Part shown: one piece after another, positions 8,514-15,423 of the stretch
Layout of the letters: every line of letters begins with the position of its first letter
Numbering within the stretch: the stretch's first letter is position 1
IMG/VR virus record: IMGVR_UViG_3300017788_000095
Coordinates: 1-33,083 of that record
Length of the DNA: 33,083 nt
Origin: a virus
Taxonomy: Duplodnaviria; Caudoviricetes
Strand: one strand, 5' to 3'
Notes under the pieces: model-generated
The model's database searches: none
What the model was told of the DNA's origin: nothing
Seen by the model: only the letters and a program-made list of their open reading frames with translations
Position numbers and translations under genes: made by a program

Positions 8514-9501
8514 GTCTTAGTATCTCCCTCATGTATGATGTGTCGCCTTCAAACCTCTTCACAAAGGCTGGATGCTTCACGTGTTCAAAGATTTCAATGC
8601 CTTGTTTGCCGAGGTATGACAATGCAACCTTGCCAACTGCAATGAATTTAAGTTCTGGTTTTGCTTCAGCAAGGACAGGCAAGATTTTATTTGTCGTGCC
8701 GTCGTCATTGAGGGCATTACCCCACATCAAGATCTCTTCACGCACAGGAACTTCGTGCAGCGCCTGCGCAAGGTACAAGCTTGAATTGCCGTAGTCATAC
8801 CAAGGCCACTCAAGGTTGTTGTGCTTGGGCCTCACTCGCTCGCCGACAAAGACGTACTTGGCTTCTGTGACGTGTCCAAGCAAATTAGGTTCATCCATAG
8901 ACTCGCGCAGTTGAGAGCCCATTCTCTCCACAGCACGGTCATAGGCGTATTCAGTAAATAGATCAAGCTTGTCTCCCCATGATTCAATTGAATATTTGAT
9001 GTGATCACGACGATCTTTGACGCCGCCTGTGCGAATCAAAAGATCGGTGTAGTTCTCGTTTGGAATGTGCACGCGATCGCCATGCCACAAGTATAGGTAC
9101 CGCTTGGCAACGCCCATTGTGTTGTCGTACATCTCTTCGCGCTCTATCTTTAACTTGTCAAAGCGTTTTTCGTACTCGACAAGGTCTTCAGGCAAGCAGT
9201 AGATGTACACAGCACCATGCTTGCGTGCAATGCGATCCATCATGCGGCCCATTTGACTCCACTTGCTGCCACCGCGATACTCAGCAGCATACAAGGCTTC
9301 ACTTGGCCACCACCTGTCAATGATGACAGGTTGCTTACGGCTTTTGCGAATAGCCCAGCGAATAGCTGCGGTGTGATACTCAAACATGTGATCAGGCCAG
9401 CGATAACTCAGGTGCAAATATGCTGCTTTGAGTTGCTTTGCCATGTGCATGCCAAGTGTTGTCTTACCCACGCCGTCGGGTCCTTCAAGAATAAAGATCA
9501 T
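8500..9501 (-). CDS. dNMP kinase (P-loop) fused to a UDG-superfamily-like domain
   Basis: N-terminal ILEGPDGVGKTT and IIDRWWPSE..Y (thymidylate-kinase-like). C-terminal YVFVGE...WGNA...IAVGKVA...HVKHPA matches the UDG family 4/5-type motif order. Confidence 0.75.
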   Translation of the reverse strand: MIFILEGPDGVGKTTLGMHMAKQLKAAYLHLSYRWPDHMFEYHTAAIRWAIRKSRKQPVIIDRWWPSEALYAAEYRGGSKWSQMGRMMDRIARKHGAVYIYCLPEDLVEYEKRFDKLKIEREEMYDNTMGVAKRYLYLWHGDRVHIPNENYTDLLIRTGGVKDRRDHIKYSIESWGDKLDLFTEYAYDRAVERMGSQLRESMDEPNLLGHVTEAKYVFVGERVRPKHNNLEWPWYDYGNSSLYLAQALHEVPVREEILMWGNALNDDGTTNKILPVLAEAKPELKFIAVGKVALSYLGKQGIEIFEHVKHPAFVKRFEGDTSYMREILRHAIH

Positions 9502-9710
9502 GATGGTCTCCTTGCGCTTTCTGCTGCATTCATGCCAGACAGGAAGATGGCGGCAAGAGCTTGTTGAAATGTGCAGCCGCCGTTTGTCATCGTGGCGAAG
9601 ATGTCGATAGCCTCGGCTTCAATGAACTCACGCATTTCTCTGCTGCCAAGTCTTGCCATCTCCATGCCTCGAGGCGCGCGTTTTGCCAATGTTGGTTTAA
9701 TTGGAGTCAT
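9498..9710 (-). CDS. Hypothetical protein
   Basis: 70 aa, coupled at both ends by TGATG and ATGA overlaps. Confidence 0.6.
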   Translation of the reverse strand: MTPIKPTLAKRAPRGMEMARLGSREMREFIEAEAIDIFATMTNGGCTFQQALAAIFLSGMNAAESARRPS

Positions 9711-9877
9711 CAGTCAAGCCCCCATAGTTTTACGATGACAAGCCACTTGCCATTTTCAGTGGGAGATGACGAATACACATGCGGTTGACGCATGAAGTCT
9801 TCGGTCTTGACGTATTCAGCGGCTTTTTCCTCAGCTTCTTTCTGAGTGTCAGCAATGAACTTAACGTAGTCAGCCAT
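9710..9877 (-). CDS. Hypothetical protein (55 aa, not in the ORF track)
   Basis: MADYVKFIADTQKEAEEKAAEYVKTEDFMRQPHVYSSSPTENGKWLVIVKLWGLD. RBS AGGAGA, fills the gap exactly. Confidence 0.65.
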   Translation of the reverse strand: MADYVKFIADTQKEAEEKAAEYVKTEDFMRQPHVYSSSPTENGKWLVIVKLWGLD

Positions 9878-10232
9878 TGCTTTCTCCTGCTAAGTCCGAT
9901 AGATCTGGAGCAGTCCAGCCCTCGGGCTTGATGACATCGAAAGCCTGACTGCGCGCTGACGGGCCACGGACCTTCGCCATGTTTGCAGCATGGACACGGT
10001 CCCACGCGGCTTGGAAGTCGAAGCCTTGTAGATAAGCAGTGCCCATGACCACGTAGCAGAGGTCCACCAGCGCGTCGAGCTGATCGGTTTTATTTTCGGC
10101 GATAATGAGTTCATCGAGTTCCTCAAAAATGAAACCGATCCGGAAGCTTGCCAGTTCCCTCGGTAGATCTCTCGGCGGTCCTTCGTACTGAAGACCGAAT
10201 TTCTCGTGAAATGCTTTGATGTCGTTCCACAT
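9870..10232 (-). CDS. MazG-like all-alpha NTP pyrophosphohydrolase
   Basis: EELDE...DALVDLCYV acidic motif, VHAANMAK, IKPEGW..PDL. RBS AGAAAGGA. Confidence 0.88.
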   Translation of the reverse strand: MWNDIKAFHEKFGLQYEGPPRDLPRELASFRIGFIFEELDELIIAENKTDQLDALVDLCYVVMGTAYLQGFDFQAAWDRVHAANMAKVRGPSARSQAFDVIKPEGWTAPDLSDLAGESNG

Positions 10233-10263
10233 GTTTGTCCTTTCTAATTTGAATCCATAGAAC

Positions 10264-10288
10264 GACGATGATCAATAAGATCATCGTC
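10264..10288. repeat. Perfect 10-bp inverted repeat
   Basis: GACGATGATC-AATAA-GATCATCGTC between the methyltransferase and MazG genes. Confidence 0.8.
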
Positions 10289-10306
10289 ACAAAAAACCAA
10301 CCCACA

Positions 10307-11146
10307 TTAGGCAAGCAGTTCTCTCCACTTCTCTGAACTACCCCAACGTCCTTCGACATCGCGTAGATCAGGGAATTGTCGGCTGCCGCCTGGTTTCCAC
10401 TTAAGCTGCCACAGACAATTGCGACTGTATTGAGGATACAGCGGCGCAAAGATGGTCGCCAAGTAGTTGCTGTCGTAGTAGTCTCGCATTGCATCAAACA
10501 CCTCTTTGTGTGCTGGTGGTAGCTCGTCTTTGTAATCGCGCATCGAGGCAAACGTGCCCCAGTGACCTTCGACACGCCAACCAATGTCTTCAAGCAGGGC
10601 GCCAAAGGCAAGGTACGTCATCTCGTTGACGTGGTTAGCAGCAGCACCTACATCAGGATCCCAGCAAGGAGTTGAGATGAACAGTGTACCGTCGTCTTCA
10701 AGGAGAGCACCAAAGTTCGTCAACAGGCGACGGCAATGTTCTGGCTCGATGTGCTCGGCAACTTCAAAACAGACGATTGTGTTGGGCACCTGTTCTAATT
10801 GCTCTGGTTTCAAGACGGCAGCATCGCACTCACTGAGCAACTGGCTTGGTTTCCAAGTTGACTTGGCAAACTGTTCAGGCATGCTAAGCTTGCTGACGTC
10901 TGCAGCAGCATAGAACTGGGGACCAAGGCGTGACGAATGCATGAGCTTGGCCAATGGCATCTCTTTGCCACAACCGACGTCAAGAATCCGAGCCGTCTTG
11001 TACTTGCCGCCCTGATGCAGCCACTTGACGACATGCGTCCAGCGAAGACAATGGGCGATGTAATCACGGTGCAAGAAACCGCGTTCTTCAGCATTGTCGA
11101 CAGACAGGAATGTCTTATCGATTGCTTTTCCTCTTTCGTTAGCCAT
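10307..11146 (-). CDS. Class I SAM-dependent methyltransferase (small-molecule / O-methyltransferase type)
   Basis: H.LRW lead-in, ILDVGCG (motif I), IVCFEVAEHI, GTLFISTP, NHVNE. No DPPY/NPPY or C5 PCQ/ENV motifs. Confidence 0.85.
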   Translation of the reverse strand: MANERGKAIDKTFLSVDNAEERGFLHRDYIAHCLRWTHVVKWLHQGGKYKTARILDVGCGKEMPLAKLMHSSRLGPQFYAAADVSKLSMPEQFAKSTWKPSQLLSECDAAVLKPEQLEQVPNTIVCFEVAEHIEPEHCRRLLTNFGALLEDDGTLFISTPCWDPDVGAAANHVNEMTYLAFGALLEDIGWRVEGHWGTFASMRDYKDELPPAHKEVFDAMRDYYDSNYLATIFAPLYPQYSRNCLWQLKWKPGGSRQFPDLRDVEGRWGSSEKWRELLA

Positions 11147-11207
11147 ACATTTTCCTTTCTAAGGGGTGGTCGAGGCGTTTAAAGTCGGCCTCGGAACGAC
11201 TCCGTGA

Positions 11208-11435
11208 CTATCGTAGCACGGAACGGATTGCTTCGATGCTGCCTGTCTTAATTAAGCTGCCTTGATAATAGCTGAGCAGACGTTGCGGCTTCTGACGACT
11301 CTTGAGGCGTTGGCCGACAACGGACAAAAGTTCGGTTTTACCGATCTCGCCAGCTTCCTCAATGATCGCCAGAATGGCCTTGGCCTGCTTTGCAAGTGAT
11401 ACATCTGGCACCTGAATAAAGCGGTAAGTCACCAT
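11208..11435 (-). CDS. Small winged-helix-like protein
   Basis: Start reassigned to ATG 11435 (RBS AGGAGA), 75 aa. Similar to the C-terminus of 12569-13069. Fold is inferred. Confidence 0.6.
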   Translation of the reverse strand: MVTYRFIQVPDVSLAKQAKAILAIIEEAGEIGKTELLSVVGQRLKSRQKPQRLLSYYQGSLIKTGSIEAIRSVLR

Positions 11436-11449
11436 CCTGGTTTCTCCTG

Positions 11450-12430
11450 TTAGGCAGCTTGCGCGTACTCGACTGCCAAGTCTAAGGCCTTCCGCTTGAG
11501 AGCGGCACGCGGGCCAAACCACGCCGAATTCAAAGCAGCATCGCGATTGCGACCGGCCTTGTGGTCAACGTAAAACGTCACGGCATTCAGGGCAGACCAC
11601 CAAGATCCTTCGGACAGTTCGGCACCTGGCTGCGTGTGAATGCAATTATAGACTTCGTCCGCAGACCTTGTGAACAGGTCTCGGGTAATCTCGCCGCCTG
11701 ATTCGGCTAGTGCAGGACTGAACAGCTTGGCGATGTACTCGGTGACCTGCTTTTCTTGGTACGACACTCTTGCTAGGAGCTCCGCGGTGACCTTGAAAGC
11801 ATCGAGTTGATGGGTAGCAAGGCCTAAGGCTGTTTCGGCCTTCTCGATGACATCCTGGTCAAACTGGCGTATGTGCGACATGGTAAACCGTTGGCCAGCT
11901 TGCCCCAAAGCCTGAGTCAGGGTGTTATTGCAGACGACTCGGATCGGAGTAAACATGATGGTCAAGGACTTGCCCCAAACGTGCGGCTGGTTGAGCAGCA
12001 AATAACCGTTGACTTCGTCGCCGCCTGGCAACGAAAAGCCTTGGTTGATGGCTGCAAGACCCCAGATCTGACGACCTCCGTCTAAGGAACCTGCGGTCTC
12101 CATTTTCATGTGACCGGCCTTGACAAACTTGTCGAAGAAGCGAAAAACTTCCGTATTTTGCATCGGAATGTAGTTCTTGCCACAAGGACCTAGGATCTTG
12201 TTGTCTGAATCACGGACAAGCAAGCCCCAATCGTTGGTTTTCAAGGTGCCTTCAGAGGCTTGGATGTCGCCTGGTGTCTGGGTAGTGAAGATCGAACGAC
12301 GGCTAACGGTCCAGTCAAGACCTGCAGCTTGCAGCATCTCGTCAGGGGTTAAAGCATCGCTGACCTGGGTACCAAGACCGTGCCAGGGAACAGAATTGGC
12401 GTATGCCATAGATTCAACTAAGTGGGCCAT
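11450..12430 (-). CDS. DUF932 / phage-plasmid-like protein (TIGR03299-type)
   Basis: PWHGLG, AGLDWTV, QNTEVF, ETAGSL.GG..IW, TPIRVVCNNTL, WSALNAVT.YVDH. Confidence 0.85.
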   Translation of the reverse strand: MAHLVESMAYANSVPWHGLGTQVSDALTPDEMLQAAGLDWTVSRRSIFTTQTPGDIQASEGTLKTNDWGLLVRDSDNKILGPCGKNYIPMQNTEVFRFFDKFVKAGHMKMETAGSLDGGRQIWGLAAINQGFSLPGGDEVNGYLLLNQPHVWGKSLTIMFTPIRVVCNNTLTQALGQAGQRFTMSHIRQFDQDVIEKAETALGLATHQLDAFKVTAELLARVSYQEKQVTEYIAKLFSPALAESGGEITRDLFTRSADEVYNCIHTQPGAELSEGSWWSALNAVTFYVDHKAGRNRDAALNSAWFGPRAALKRKALDLAVEYAQAA

Positions 12431-12462
12431 AAAATTCTCCTTTCTAAGAGTGTGAATGGCAA

Positions 12463-12576
12463 TTATATGCCGAAAATTGCCGCCCGGAGCAGGAATAATA
12501 GCACTAGTACAATTACCACTGCTGCGGGGATGGCGATCATAATCAGCAAAGCTTCAAAATCAGACGGGTTACGCAT
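12463..12576 (-). CDS. Possible 37-aa single-pass membrane peptide
   Basis: MRNPSDFEALLIMIAIPAAVVIVLVLLFLLRAAIFGI. Start overlaps the upstream stop by 8 nt; no strong RBS. Confidence 0.45.
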   Translation of the reverse strand: MRNPSDFEALLIMIAIPAAVVIVLVLLFLLRAAIFGI

Positions 12577-13069
12577 TTTCGAGTCTAAGCACACCACGGT
12601 TAATCAACTGTGGGCGGTAGTACTGGAAGATTCGCCACGGGTTTTGCTTCGTCTTGACATCGATCAAGGTGATCAACTCAGCTTCAGTGACGGTCTCCAC
12701 GTTCTTGGCTGCCAAAGCACGCATGATCTGACGAGCTTGCGGGGCAAAGTCACGCTCACGGTCGTAAAACTTACCGAAGTTGAAGTGATAAATCCGAGAA
12801 GCCAACTGACCAGACGGACGACCACGGACCTTGACGATAGCGCCACCATCAGCCGTTGGATGGACCGAGAACTTGGGAGCAGGAACCACGGTCAACTTGG
12901 CTTCGGCACGTTTTTGCTCTAGTAACGGAAGGATGCGCTTGGCAGCAGCACCTTTGTCCGAGAACTTGGGAGCATGGGTCTTAACGATCTTCGAATACAA
13001 GCTTGAAAGTTCTTGCATCGAATACTTCCGCAACTCGTCAAGCGTGGTGCAGTCTTCAATCTTATTCAT
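12569..13069 (-). CDS. Hypothetical basic protein with C-terminal winged-helix-like domain
   Basis: 166 aa, RBS GGAGG, RGRP motif, C-terminal QARQI...KQNPWRIFQYYRPQLI..G. Confidence 0.65.
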   Translation of the reverse strand: MNKIEDCTTLDELRKYSMQELSSLYSKIVKTHAPKFSDKGAAAKRILPLLEQKRAEAKLTVVPAPKFSVHPTADGGAIVKVRGRPSGQLASRIYHFNFGKFYDRERDFAPQARQIMRALAAKNVETVTEAELITLIDVKTKQNPWRIFQYYRPQLINRGVLRLENA

Positions 13070-13262
13070 CGAGAAGCCTCCAGACGTCGATGTTCAAAGG
13101 CTGGGTGTCGTAGTCCTCGACTAAAAAGACTGGTGACCCAGTTGTGGGCTTCACGACCCCACGAACCCCGGATGCGAAAGGTCTTGCATGACCCTTGGCA
13201 ATGACGACAATGTCGTCTGGCCGGTGATCGGCCAATATTTCAGACAACTCACTGACTTTCAT
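13062..13262 (-). CDS. Hypothetical early protein
   Basis: Start reassigned to ATG 13262 after AAAGGAGA, 66 aa. Confidence 0.65.
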   Translation of the reverse strand: MKVSELSEILADHRPDDIVVIAKGHARPFASGVRGVVKPTTGSPVFLVEDYDTQPLNIDVWRLLDE

Positions 13263-13298
13263 ACTTTCTCCTTTATGTCCGCAAAAGTGCGGAATTAC

Positions 13299-13328
13299 AT
13301 CGTACCATGGACCAAGAATCACGTACAT
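13299..13328 (-). promoter_or_regulatory. Putative early promoter
   Basis: ATGTAC-N18-TACGAT with TG extension, then hairpin TCCGCA-CTTT-TGCGGA and the RBS. Confidence 0.5.
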
Positions 13329-13399
13329 AGTTCGATCAGATTATTGGCGCATTTTGTTAATAACTTTTGGGCCCTCTAAGTATATGCGAATTCAAGGGC

Positions 13400-13471
13400 T
13401 TATTGGGTTATTGTATTGATTGGCCAAGGGGACTAAGAATGAGAGAAAAAATTTATTTTTTCCCTATACTA
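13400..13471 (-). repeat. Bipartite element copy A (inverted relative to 14956-15026)
   Basis: Minus strand TAGTATAGGGAAAAAAT-N30-GCCAATCAATACAATAACCCAATAA. Confidence 0.85.
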
Positions 13472-13671
13472 ATAGAGGCAATACTGGACCGCAAGCGCTT
13501 GAGCACCTCCAGATCCCCTGGCAGCAACCCTGTCATCCCTGGATCTTCTTCTTCCAAAACTTCGGATAGAATGTCCAATCCCCAGTCGAAGTACGCCATC
13601 AAAGCCTGCGCTTCATCTGTCGTCAATTCCACCGTGACTCCGATGATCCCTGTCTTTGCTGTGACGTTCAT
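13453..13671 (-). CDS. Hypothetical early protein
   Basis: ATG 13671 with GGAGG RBS and ATGA overlap with the upstream gene. Confidence 0.6.
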   Translation of the reverse strand: MNVTAKTGIIGVTVELTTDEAQALMAYFDWGLDILSEVLEEEDPGMTGLLPGDLEVLKRLRSSIASISIGKK

Positions 13672-13991
13672 TTCCACCTCCACACCGGCAAACCAAAACT
13701 ACCAACCCAATCGATGTTCTCAAACGCGTGTCCGCCAATGTGCCATTCGTACTCGTCCATTGGAGTGCCATTTGTCTTCCAGTCGTAGATCGTCACGCGA
13801 AGACCTTCTTCAGTAATGATCCGCCACTCACACGTTACCTTGTCTCCCCCTGAATCGAATGGTCCATGAGTTGGGGTTCCAAAAAGCTCGCAGAGCCTCT
13901 GGAAATCTGTCCTGACATACCCCTTCAGACTCCCGCCATTGAAGGCAGATAGATCATCTTTGCGGGTTAAAACTTCAAACTGGTTCACCAT
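13668..13991 (-). CDS. Hypothetical phage early protein
   Basis: ATG 13991 after AGAAAGGAGA. SLKGYV...LFGTP...DKVTCEW...TIYDWK...WHIGG pattern. Confidence 0.75.
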   Translation of the reverse strand: MVNQFEVLTRKDDLSAFNGGSLKGYVRTDFQRLCELFGTPTHGPFDSGGDKVTCEWRIITEEGLRVTIYDWKTNGTPMDEYEWHIGGHAFENIDWVGSFGLPVWRWK

Positions 13992-14232
13992 CACCAATCT
14001 CCTTTCTAATCGTGATCTCCACGTCTTCACCATAAAAAGTCGAACCTTCCAGCTCCCGTATGAGTTCGATGCTGGTCATTTTCTCGTAGCCCTTCAGTCC
14101 ACTCTTGTAAATGGACAGAATGTTCTCGATTGCTTGGTGCGGATCTTGACGATAAAAATCCGCCCACGTATCGAGAAGGCGATCAATCGCCTCCTCACGC
14201 GTCATCACTACTTTTTCAAAATTCTTCGCCAT
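13975..14232 (-). CDS. Hypothetical early protein
   Basis: ATG 14232 (or 14235) after GGGAGA, overlaps both neighbours. Confidence 0.6.
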   Translation of the reverse strand: MAKNFEKVVMTREEAIDRLLDTWADFYRQDPHQAIENILSIYKSGLKGYEKMTSIELIRELEGSTFYGEDVEITIRKEIGDGEPV

Positions 14233-14434
14233 CATTTTCTCCCGTGAATTCCACAAAATCACCATACTCTCGAGCAAAGACGTCGAGAAGGTTTTGGTAA
14301 TCACCACTCATCATTTCATTGACGACATCGTTCACTTGTTTCCACGGACGATCCAACTCTCGTCCGAGTTTTTTGCCAAGACCAATAAGGTAGAACGCGT
14401 TACCTTGTGGACCATTCAAATCGATTGTGATCAT
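14216..14434 (-). CDS. Hypothetical phage protein, first gene of the leftward arm
   Basis: 72 aa, IDLNGPQGNAF...EMMSGDY..LL motif, RBS AAAGGAGA. Confidence 0.75.
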   Translation of the reverse strand: MITIDLNGPQGNAFYLIGLGKKLGRELDRPWKQVNDVVNEMMSGDYQNLLDVFAREYGDFVEFTGENDGEEF

Positions 14435-14474
14435 GACTTTCTCCTTTATATACGAGATTTATTCCCGTAAGTTG

Positions 14475-14503
14475 ATTGTACCGCATTTGTTCGAAAAGTA
14501 CAC
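14475..14503 (-). promoter_or_regulatory. Putative early promoter of the leftward arm
   Basis: GTGTAC-N17-TACAAT, then hairpin TACGGGA-ATAAA-TCTCGTA and the RBS. Confidence 0.6.
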
Positions 14504-14519
14504 AACTTTGTGCGTAAAT

Positions 14520-14950
14520 TATTTTTATTGGAATCCTGCTTTTGATCAATAAAACTTATCAACCTCGCAACCTCTTCTTTTCCTTCTTCCGTCAGAGTTC
14601 GAGTTGTTGAAGACCGTCGACTCTTCTGACCCTCATCACACCTCTTTCTTCCACTGATAAAAAATCAACCTTTTTCCTCCTCACTCCCTGCCATTTCTAT
14701 CCTCCCGTCCTTCCGCCGTTGTCCGTTTGCCCTGATCCCTGGTCCTCGATCTGCTTATTTCCGTTAATTCTGCACTGTTTTCAGCCCTCGATTGATGGCT
14801 CTATATATAGAGGCATGTTTCTTGCCGGCTCGCGGCCAGGACCCAGGACCGGGGCCCGGGGCGTCGGCGTCCGGGCGCGGGCCTAAAAGCGCCTGGTCAG
14901 TGGTTCTGCGGGGGCGTCGAAAGGTAGATCGGCAAAAATCCGTGCATATT
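14520..14950. other. Non-coding divergence region (candidate genome end / packaging / origin region)
   Basis: No credible ORF. Pyrimidine-rich plus strand (~14570-14760), 14-bp palindrome CTCTATATATAGAG (14799-14812), very GC-rich block (~14820-14920) upstream of terS. Confidence 0.5.
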
Positions 14951-14955
14951 GGCTA

Positions 14956-15026
14956 TAGTATAGGGAAAAAATTTGCACTGTGTGTGAAAAAAGCAGAGAA
15001 TGCCAATCAATACAATATGCCAATAA
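14956..15026 (+). repeat. Bipartite element copy B
   Basis: TAGTATAGGGAAAAAAT-N29-GCCAATCAATACAATATGCCAATAA. Confidence 0.85.
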
Positions 15027-15058
15027 CCCATGATCCCAGGGACTTTTCAAGGGACTTA

Positions 15059-15088
15059 GTGTACAATCGGCAAAAGTCCTTATATTAT
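15059..15088 (+). promoter_or_regulatory. Putative promoter of the packaging/structural arm
   Basis: GTGTAC-N18-TATTAT before the AGGAGG RBS. GGACTTTT / AAAAGTCC inverted repeat brackets the -35. Confidence 0.5.
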
Positions 15089-15108
15089 CTGGCTAGGAGG
15101 TACTGACC

Positions 15109-15423
15109 ATGGCACAAATTGGTGGTAAACGCGAAGGAGCCGGTCGTCCTGCTGGCTCCAAGAACAAGCGAACCCAGGAGATTGAAGACAAGCTAGCAGC
15201 CTTAGACTGTGACCCGATTGAGGGCATGGCCATGATTGCTGCTGATCCGACTGCGAGTCAAGAGTTAAAGTTCCAGGCCTTTAAAGAACTGGCGCAGTAT
15301 GTGGCTCCAAAGCGCAAGGCTGTCGAGATGGAGATCGAGGGCAGCGGTTCATTCAACATTAACGTCGTACGGTTTAGCGACGTTGCAAAGGACGTCGATG
15401 GCGGAGATAACGGTACCACTTGA
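15109..15423 (+). CDS. terS: Terminase small subunit
   Basis: GGKREGAGRPAGSKNK N-terminus, ELAQYVAPKRKAVE, directly upstream of terL. Confidence 0.75.
   Translation: MAQIGGKREGAGRPAGSKNKRTQEIEDKLAALDCDPIEGMAMIAADPTASQELKFQAFKELAQYVAPKRKAVEMEIEGSGSFNINVVRFSDVAKDVDGGDNGTT

Noticed and set aside
10123-10611. 162-aa ORF with a hydrophobic stretch
   Set aside because: Overlaps two well-supported genes out of frame, and the hydrophobic part coincides with the intergenic hairpin.
10307-11146. DNA adenine or cytosine methyltransferase
   Set aside because: Lacks DPPY/NPPY/SPPY and PCQ/ENV catalytic motifs.
14792-15106. 104-aa plus-strand ORF upstream of terS
   Set aside because: No RBS, low-complexity translation, and it spans the GC block, repeat element and promoter.
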